Source: a virus
Taxonomy: Duplodnaviria > Caudoviricetes
DNA: 33,394 nucleotides
Strand: one strand, 5' to 3'
Virus record (IMG/VR): IMGVR_UViG_3300017784_001197
Span: 1 to 33,394 of that record
The notes below the pieces were generated by a model, which had not been told where the DNA came from, made no database searches, and saw nothing but the letters and a program-made list of their open reading frames with translations. The translations under genes and the position numbers were made by a program. This document shows, piece by piece, positions 27,093 to 33,394 of the stretch (the first letter of the stretch is position 1; every line of letters starts with the position of its first letter).

Positions 27093-27842
27093 TTAGATCA
27101 TCTCTAGACTCTTGTCTAGAAGTTTCAATGCATCAATACCTTCGTCGGTCTGTAGGTACAAAGTAACCTCAACGTAGGGATCTGATCCGAAAGGAATGTT
27201 GATCATCTTCTTCTTGCTTGAAGGAGTGTTGAACCAAACTTCCTTGTTTCCGTTTCTGAATGCCAAAACTTTTCCGTCAAAGTACTTGCGTACATTGGAC
27301 TCTAGTTTCAACATCGGATCATTGATCAAGTTCAAGAATCCTCTTGGATCTTGCTTGGCATAAATCAATACATCTCTTTTCAATTCGGCAGTACTCACGA
27401 CCGCTGGGTCTTTGCCAAACAAAACTCGAGATACATTTTCCAATTGATCGATGGTTAATGAACGTGCTTCAATCAAAGCGTCCACTTCTTCATTCAAGAA
27501 TTGTACTTCTGACTGAGCGTCTTTCTCGTGGTTTACTTCCGCGAATACGGTGTTCATCATCGGATGATAATACAAAAACTGCTGAAGGACTGGGTTGTTC
27601 TTTGGAACACGAAGCATACCATCTTCGAATATCACAGGCTCAATGAGTGGATTACCATCTTGCTCATCCTCGAATGGGCTCTTTTGGTTTATCGCATACC
27701 TCAATGGGCGGTTAGTATTTGAGTCTTCGTCAAAATACAATAATGGGAATCTCCTAGTACTCCTTGAGGGAATAGTAAATGAAAGGGGAGATGAGTGAAT
27801 TAGTTTGTAGACTTTGTCTACGGGTGTTGCGTTTTTTTTCAT
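27093..27842 (-). CDS. Hypothetical phage protein downstream of the major capsid gene
   Basis: 249-aa ORF with A-rich start context, bracketed by two terminators. Confidence 0.75.
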   Translation of the reverse strand: MKKNATPVDKVYKLIHSSPLSFTIPSRSTRRFPLLYFDEDSNTNRPLRYAINQKSPFEDEQDGNPLIEPVIFEDGMLRVPKNNPVLQQFLYYHPMMNTVFAEVNHEKDAQSEVQFLNEEVDALIEARSLTIDQLENVSRVLFGKDPAVVSTAELKRDVLIYAKQDPRGFLNLINDPMLKLESNVRKYFDGKVLAFRNGNKEVWFNTPSSKKKMINIPFGSDPYVEVTLYLQTDEGIDALKLLDKSLEMI

Positions 27843-27872
27843 GATATAATTTGATATGATTTTTTACTTTTT

Positions 27873-27903
27873 AAAAAGGAGAGCGCCGTTGCCAGCACTC
27901 TCC
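27873..27903 (-). terminator. Rho-independent terminator after the major capsid gene
   Basis: The - strand reads GGAGAGTGCTG-GCAA-CGGCGCTCTCC-TTTTT (GNRA loop, two G-U pairs). Confidence 0.85.
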
Positions 27904-27940
27904 AGATTAAATGAATCAACTTTTTTTATTTCGTTAGTGA

Positions 27941-29401
27941 TTAAGCACCGTAACGGAACAATACGAAGTTGTTAGCACCCAAGGTACATACACAACGCTC
28001 AGACAAGAAGTTAACTTCCATAGCATCCAAGTCGCTCGTAGCAGCACCACCAGCAGTACCTGTGATCCAAGCCCTATAACGACGATCCTCTGTAGCAGTT
28101 GCTCTGTAACGAACGTGCAAGAAAGGACGCTTAGCGTTCTTACCCAACACCTGATCGTAAACAGTTGTAGAACCAGCAGGAACCAACAATCCAGTGATAA
28201 CGTTTGCAGTACTTGCACCTGTAGTAGAAGCAGTCAAACCACCACGCATTGTAGGATCGTTTAGGTATTTCCAATCTGTCTTGTAGAAGTCATAACCACG
28301 ACGGAATCCGCTGAACCCAAGGTTCAATGCCATGTTCACGTCGTTCTCAAACAAACCAAAAGAGGCAGCGTTAGCAGAACCTGAACCATTGTAACCATTC
28401 AATGTAGCCAACATGTCGTCGATGTCGAAACTGAAATCACGATTTACGAAGATTACGTTCTCTTCGATAGAACCCTGTTTGTCCAAACGAGAAACGATAG
28501 AATCAAAGTCAGCCAAAGTGGTTGGGTTACCACCGCCCCAAACGTTTCCACGGTCGTTCACAACATAGAACACACCTTCAGAACCTTTGAAACCAGCAGC
28601 AACGGCACCAGAACCAGCAACAGCAGGAACTGCTTCAATCATAGCGGTCTCCAAGTAATCTTCGAAACGCAAACGAGTCTCGTGCTCAGACTTCAAGTAC
28701 CACAAGAAACCAGATGCTCCGTTTTCAGTAGTAACTTCAATCCATCCGATCTGAGCCATGTCAGAACCAGATACAGCATACTTGTCCTTGATGATGATAG
28801 GGCTGTTGTCGAAGATTTCATCTTCTGCTTCCAAAGAACCTTGCATTCCGTTAGTTCCTTTTTTGAATTCAGAACCGTAGATGAAGATAGTGAAAGTGTT
28901 ACCAGAAGATGCGTTAGTCATACCGGCTGCTTCGTAGAAAGCAACATCGATAGTAGCAGAAGCAGTGTTAACAGCAGTAATGATACCTTTGTTCTGGGTA
29001 GGACCAGCAACGTTAGGAGTGATCACAACAGTTTGGCCTACACGCAAAGCGATAGTACCAGCAGTCAAACCAATAGCAGCACGGTTAGGAACCAATACAT
29101 CGTTGATAGTGAAAGTTGCGGTATCGGCTGCAGTCAAAACAGTTGTAGTACAGTTGATGTACTTAATGTGCAAACGGCCTTGTTCAGCCCATTTGATCAT
29201 ATCTGAGTTTGATGGCATTTCGGCGCCAACCATACGCAAGAAAGAAGAGATAGTACGATTACCGTAACGCTCAAATTCTTTCTCGTAAGTATCAGGAAGA
29301 TACTGGTTCAAGAAGTTGAAGTCGGTAATGTAGTTAGTAGATAAGGGAACCTGCTGCGCACTCGGCTGCAGCTGAAAGGTCGGGGTGGATAAAACTGCCA
29401 T
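27941..29401 (-). CDS. Major capsid protein
   Basis: Follows portal and scaffold and is followed by a terminator. Codon usage looks strongly biased (GGT/GCT/ACT/TTC/AAC). Motifs QYLPDTYEKEFERYGNR, IKWAEQGRLH and FLSERCVCTLGANNF. Confidence 0.85.
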   Translation of the reverse strand: MAVLSTPTFQLQPSAQQVPLSTNYITDFNFLNQYLPDTYEKEFERYGNRTISSFLRMVGAEMPSNSDMIKWAEQGRLHIKYINCTTTVLTAADTATFTINDVLVPNRAAIGLTAGTIALRVGQTVVITPNVAGPTQNKGIITAVNTASATIDVAFYEAAGMTNASSGNTFTIFIYGSEFKKGTNGMQGSLEAEDEIFDNSPIIIKDKYAVSGSDMAQIGWIEVTTENGASGFLWYLKSEHETRLRFEDYLETAMIEAVPAVAGSGAVAAGFKGSEGVFYVVNDRGNVWGGGNPTTLADFDSIVSRLDKQGSIEENVIFVNRDFSFDIDDMLATLNGYNGSGSANAASFGLFENDVNMALNLGFSGFRRGYDFYKTDWKYLNDPTMRGGLTASTTGASTANVITGLLVPAGSTTVYDQVLGKNAKRPFLHVRYRATATEDRRYRAWITGTAGGAATSDLDAMEVNFLSERCVCTLGANNFVLFRYGA

Positions 29402-29426
29402 TGTAGTTTAGTTTAGTTTTTAGTTT

Positions 29427-30512
29427 TTAGATTTTTTTGATACTTCGGATTTTTAAGCCTTTGCCGGCATCAGGATCAACCACTTTAACCTGGAACCCGT
29501 CACTCGCCATCGGCTGGGGTGATTGTCTCTCGCTCATATTAATGTTCTTAATTCTGCGAGTAACATCATCAGTCGCGGCTGATCTGCCTTGTTCATAAAA
29601 GTACTTGGCAAACCTTTCGGGATTCATTGCTACCGCTAGCGCTCTATGATAACCTGTTGCATCATTGATCATCCCATCTTTATCCAAGTACTTCGATATG
29701 AAGTTCGTTGGTGTCAGTTGGGCTTTCTTCAATTCAGCAGCATCCCCCGGTGTAAATCGTAAAACTTGGTCGTCTAACTTAAATTCAAAACCTTTGAACT
29801 CATTGTTAAATACCTCGTCGGTCTTCTTTGAAAACCACTCACGCTTACGCTCGGCTTCTTGATCCATAGTTTTTGCCTGCGATATATATTGCTTGTAAGC
29901 CTGCAATTCTTCTTTTTCTTCTGGAGAAACGTTCGCCGTACTTGACTCAAGGGGCGTTTTGTATTTCTCTTTTTGAGAGTTGAAGTACTGTTTGGCTTCT
30001 GCAACCATTTTTTTCTTGGATAGTTTGGCTCTTCTGATAGTTGAGTCATCGTCCAAGTCCTCATTGTATGAGTAGTCTTCCATCATGACATCAATATCAT
30101 CATCATCCAATCCATCCTGTGTGGCCTTGAGGTAACTGCGAAGGACATTGTCAGGCTCCATTGTATCGAAGTCTTCCTTCAACTTGATGAAGTCTTCAAA
30201 GCCTCTGCCTGTTTCCTTGCGGTAATTCAAGTAGGCTGACACATCCGCGGGCAATTGCTCGTCGGAACGTTCAGCCACCAAATCATCAAAAGAATTGATT
30301 TGCTTGTTGTAGCGTTTGCTAATATAAGAAAGAACGTCTTGCTCTTGAAGTTCAGCCTGTATCGGTTCGGGAGCCGGTTCGGGATCTGGTTCTAGACTTA
30401 GAGCGGGATCAACATTGTTGATTTGCTCTTCGTGTTTCTCTAGCAACTCTCTCTCGAGTTCCTGTACTCCTTTGGCCTCAATAGCCTTTACTTCTCTTAC
30501 TTGGATTTCCAT
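29427..30512 (-). CDS. Putative capsid scaffolding protein
   Basis: Highly acidic, helical, with a Pro/Glu-rich N-terminal part. Located between portal and capsid. Confidence 0.7.
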   Translation of the reverse strand: MEIQVREVKAIEAKGVQELERELLEKHEEQINNVDPALSLEPDPEPAPEPIQAELQEQDVLSYISKRYNKQINSFDDLVAERSDEQLPADVSAYLNYRKETGRGFEDFIKLKEDFDTMEPDNVLRSYLKATQDGLDDDDIDVMMEDYSYNEDLDDDSTIRRAKLSKKKMVAEAKQYFNSQKEKYKTPLESSTANVSPEEKEELQAYKQYISQAKTMDQEAERKREWFSKKTDEVFNNEFKGFEFKLDDQVLRFTPGDAAELKKAQLTPTNFISKYLDKDGMINDATGYHRALAVAMNPERFAKYFYEQGRSAATDDVTRRIKNINMSERQSPQPMASDGFQVKVVDPDAGKGLKIRSIKKI

Positions 30513-30533
30513 TTTGATTAGATTTAATTTTTA

Positions 30534-30541
30534 CAAATTTA
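30534..30541 (-). promoter_or_regulatory. Bacteroidota-type -7 promoter element (TAAATTTG)
   Basis: TAnnTTTG in the AT-rich gap 21 nt upstream of the scaffold ATG. Confidence 0.6.
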
Positions 30542-30561
30542 TATATTTTTTTCAATATCGT

Positions 30562-32997
30562 TTAGCGAGGCTCGAACACCGACAAATCAAAGCCGTCCAA
30601 GGTATCTTCACTAGACTCGAAGTTGATTGGAGGCAAGTCATTCTTGCGCTGATTTATTAGCTTCGATTGCTCGCTGTTCTGCTGGCTTATTCTCTTTGAC
30701 TTAGCATCTTCTTTAGATTTCTCTCTATTAGAGATCTGCTGCTCGTCCATGCCAGCAAGAGTCATGTTGTATCTGAACTCCTCGGCCATCAACTGCTGCT
30801 TAAGACCTGCCTCTGCCTTCAACATCTCAATTTGGAAAGCCACCTCGGCTTGTTTGATCTGCATCTTGGCTTGGCTTTCTGCTTGAATCTTCTGAAGGGC
30901 AGACTGTGAAGCCATCTGTTGTAACTCCATGTTCTGCTGTGCAGTCATCTGTTGCTGCATCATAGCCATCTTGTCCTTCTGCTCTTGCAACTTGACACGC
31001 TTCACCTTCAGCAATTGGTTTGCCATCTTAAGGTTCTTAATCTCACGGATGTCAATTGCATCCTCAAGATTGATGTCACCCTTAGACAAAGCCATCTGTA
31101 TGTTGGCTTCTAACTGAGCGCGTTCTTCTTCGTCCGGTGCTATCTCCAAGAAAATACCAAAGTCATAAATGTACAAGTCCTTGATTTCATTTAAGATAGA
31201 CACATTGTACTTGCCGATACGACTGATGAAGTCATCTTTGAAATCAGCGTACTCAAGAATGTCAGCCACACGATAGGTCAATGCTTCCGCGATTGATCTG
31301 AATATGTATAGACCACCCTCTAAGATGTGGCGAGTTGCTGTGTTTGAATTAAGCGCAGCCAACTTCTGTAAGCCAACCAATGAGTTAGGGTCTATACTAC
31401 TACCATCACGGGCCTCGTTGAGTCCGGTGGCGGTGCGTATCATGTCCATGTAGTGGTTGTAGTTTGCGATTAGCATCTGCGTTTTAGCAGCACCAGAGTT
31501 GGAAGTCAACTGAGTGATAGGCACTCTTGCATTGTTGAAGTCCCCATCTTGGGTGTAACTACGACCGATAACACTACCTGTTTGGAAGTACAATCTCAAA
31601 GCATCCTCTGGATTGTACGCGTTTCCTGTACCAAGATCCACTTCGTTAAGACCATCAGCATCAATGAATACACCATCAGGTACTGTACGAGCGATTACTT
31701 GTTGTAACTTCAAGTGAGTCAACTGAATCAAGTCAGTGAAAGGAATCATCCTACGCACCAAAGATTCAATCGCTCCCTTGTACATACGCGGAGCGCATGC
31801 TACATAGTTAGGTAATGCATGCTGAGAAGAAGACTTTGGACGAACCATGTTCTCGGACATCTTCCACTTAAGCAAGTAGTTTGTCCCCATGACCATGACA
31901 CCTTCGTACCAAACGTCGATAGTTTTTTCTATACGCTCAAACTTCCCATCCTCCATCATCTCTGTTGGTGGATTAAAAGTATCTTCTTTTTCAATGTAAC
32001 GAACACCACCGCCCTCTAGGTACTTCTTCTTATAAACAATCTTCTTAGTGGTTTTATAATTAAAATATAAAAGGGTGGTCGTGTCTCTGAAGAAAATGCT
32101 GTTCTGATAGAACTGGCCTACGTTGTAGTAGTCGTACCAGCCCTGACCGCTCTTGGATATTTCTTCTAATTCTGTGTTTGTTAATTTAGGATCTATCTTC
32201 AGTAACTCTGTGATAGGTACTGTTTTAATCTCTCCCCAATAAAAACAATCTTTAAAGTATGGGTCTTCAGTATAACTGTAAACCACGTTCGCTGGGTCTA
32301 CATAAGATACTTCAACGCCAGATCCCAAAAGGAATTCATGTTTTGCTACACCAATACCAAGTACGGTCATATCATAATCGATACGCTTTCTCAAGTCGAG
32401 ATACTTGTTCTCGTCAAGGATTGTATTGATGGCTTCCTCTTCTGCAATCTCAATGGCCGGCTTATAATTCAACTGCATGTACAACGACAACTCTTCGTCA
32501 TTGTTTGGCAATTGCTCTGGATCCATGGTGAATGCATTGATACCTGTCTTGCTTTGGATGATTTCCAAAATGTCTTTAGACACCATCTGAGATTCAATAA
32601 TGTCTTGGTACTTGCTACGCTTGGCTTGAGACATTGCGTCTTGGGCGTAAGCCTTTACCTTAAACATACGATCTGACATACCGTTCACAACGATATCCAC
32701 AAACTTTGGGATAATGGGAACCGGAGTCCAATCTAAGTTCAAATAAGAAAGATCACCATCAATGGCGAGTTCGTTCTTGTATTTCTGGGTGGACTGCTCT
32801 CCACGAGCATAGAGTCTAAGTCTATGAAAATCTTTCCATTGGCCATAGAACCTACACTGATTTCCGTCCTTACGGAACCATTCGTATTGTATAGCCTGAC
32901 CTATTTGTAGCCCATACTCATCTGATGCTTTCTCTGAGTCAGAGACAAACTGAGTTGGGAATCCTGTTGCAGTTATGTTAATTAAGACATCCTTCAT
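30562..32997 (-). CDS. Portal protein
   Basis: 811 aa, directly after the terminase (ATGA overlap). Motifs LDWTPVPIIPKFVDIVVNG and TGLNEARDGS, plus a Gln-rich C-terminal coiled coil (barrel) typical of podovirus portals. Confidence 0.85.
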   Translation of the reverse strand: MKDVLINITATGFPTQFVSDSEKASDEYGLQIGQAIQYEWFRKDGNQCRFYGQWKDFHRLRLYARGEQSTQKYKNELAIDGDLSYLNLDWTPVPIIPKFVDIVVNGMSDRMFKVKAYAQDAMSQAKRSKYQDIIESQMVSKDILEIIQSKTGINAFTMDPEQLPNNDEELSLYMQLNYKPAIEIAEEEAINTILDENKYLDLRKRIDYDMTVLGIGVAKHEFLLGSGVEVSYVDPANVVYSYTEDPYFKDCFYWGEIKTVPITELLKIDPKLTNTELEEISKSGQGWYDYYNVGQFYQNSIFFRDTTTLLYFNYKTTKKIVYKKKYLEGGGVRYIEKEDTFNPPTEMMEDGKFERIEKTIDVWYEGVMVMGTNYLLKWKMSENMVRPKSSSQHALPNYVACAPRMYKGAIESLVRRMIPFTDLIQLTHLKLQQVIARTVPDGVFIDADGLNEVDLGTGNAYNPEDALRLYFQTGSVIGRSYTQDGDFNNARVPITQLTSNSGAAKTQMLIANYNHYMDMIRTATGLNEARDGSSIDPNSLVGLQKLAALNSNTATRHILEGGLYIFRSIAEALTYRVADILEYADFKDDFISRIGKYNVSILNEIKDLYIYDFGIFLEIAPDEEERAQLEANIQMALSKGDINLEDAIDIREIKNLKMANQLLKVKRVKLQEQKDKMAMMQQQMTAQQNMELQQMASQSALQKIQAESQAKMQIKQAEVAFQIEMLKAEAGLKQQLMAEEFRYNMTLAGMDEQQISNREKSKEDAKSKRISQQNSEQSKLINQRKNDLPPINFESSEDTLDGFDLSVFEPR

Positions 32998-33394
32998 CGA
33001 ATGAGTTCACTTGTATTACCTTGGTTTGTGTACCTAGCAAAAGTAATGCTTATTTTTGATTCTTTTTTTTCTGGCATATATAGGTGTTTCTGATTTGCCA
33101 TGATCGCCAATCCCGAACTAATAGATGCATCAAACTTGGTTCTATTTGATATGTCAAACTTGGCCCAATCCTCTAGCGTTTTATTGAATGGCATTGACCC
33201 AATCAAATCCGGATCCCTGTATTTACCCTCGAAGTCAAAGCCAACGTGCTTCTCAATGTATGATTCTATTGCTGATGCATGTGACTGCCTAACGTCTTCC
33301 GATGAGTTTGGTATACCACCCAACTCCCTTTCAGTAGCAGATAACTTATGAAGTAATTTGACGGGCCTGTTGATACTGTATCCACGGTACCCCC
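32994..33394 (-). CDS. terL: Terminase large subunit, C-terminal end (5'-truncated by the window)
   Basis: The frame is open to the window edge (GYRGYSINRP...ERELGGIPNS...FDISNRTKFDASISSGLA). The terminal Asp motif fits an RNase H-like nuclease domain. Directly upstream of the portal. Confidence 0.75.
   Translation of the reverse strand, partial: GYRGYSINRPVKLLHKLSATERELGGIPNSSEDVRQSHASAIESYIEKHVGFDFEGKYRDPDLIGSMPFNKTLEDWAKFDISNRTKFDASISSGLAIMANQKHLYMPEKKESKISITFARYTNQGNTSELIR
33038..33045 (-). promoter_or_regulatory. Possible Bacteroidota-type -7 element (TACTTTTG) inside the terminase 3' end
   Basis: TAnnTTTG 40 nt upstream of the portal ATG. Confidence 0.45.

Larger units (their letters stand above)
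1..33394. mobile_element. Tailed dsDNA bacteriophage genome segment (podovirus-like, probable Bacteroidota host)
   Basis: Terminase-portal-scaffold-capsid-tail-internal protein order on the - strand converges with a phage replication module on the + strand. No host housekeeping genes or integrase seen, so prophage versus free phage cannot be decided. Confidence 0.95.

Noticed and set aside
27934-28218. Programmed frameshift extension of the major capsid protein
   Set aside because: The alternative frame ends only 7 nt beyond the capsid stop, a terminator follows, and no convincing slippery site was seen.
29402-29428. Short AAACT-like tandem repeats upstream of the capsid gene
   Set aside because: Explained as the A-rich translation-initiation region typical of Bacteroidota.
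7886-33351. Numerous 60-175 aa ORFs antisense to or nested in the structural genes (e.g. 28682-29206, 11141-11530, 22557-22955)
   Set aside because: They are shadow ORFs of long, well-supported genes, with no recognisable motifs or start context.
1-33394. Alternative genetic code (stop-codon reassignment)
   Set aside because: Genes tile densely under the standard code, and TAG, TGA and TAA all end genes at sensible boundaries.
1-33394. tRNA, integrase, lysis genes, introns or inteins
   Set aside because: None was recognised. Intergenic gaps are too short for RNA genes except the origin-like region, which lacks tRNA features.

Overview
The whole window is a gene-dense fragment of a tailed dsDNA bacteriophage with podovirus-like gene order. 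It very likely infects a Bacteroidota host, judged from the VirE-N/BT4734-like primase, TAnnTTTG promoter elements and A-rich start regions lacking Shine-Dalgarno sites. There are two convergent arms. The + arm (1-7646) is a replication/recombination module: a stand-alone DnaA domain-IV-like protein, Sak3/DUF1071 annealing protein, PD-(D/E)XK exonuclease, SSB-like protein, a repeat-rich putative origin, primase-helicase, SNF2-like helicase, VRR-NUC nuclease and small ORFs. The - arm (33394-7648) is morphogenesis: terminase end, portal, scaffold, major capsid, adaptor/ring proteins, tail nozzle-type proteins, a GNAT-like protein and three putative ejection proteins, including a 2503-aa giant. 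The most notable observations are: (1) twelve DnaA-box-like ATGTYGA/TCAACAT motifs (four 21-bp-phased copies inside the SSB-like gene, an inverted repeat around an AT-rich tract, and a palindrome) in the same module as a mini-DnaA gene; (2) three 23-bp in-frame direct repeats that bracket small cassette domains in the giant virion protein; (3) an apparently split nozzle gene with an intervening Cys-rich gene that shares a duplicated C-terminal module ending in CGCP. All family assignments come from motif recognition by eye and synteny, not from database searches.
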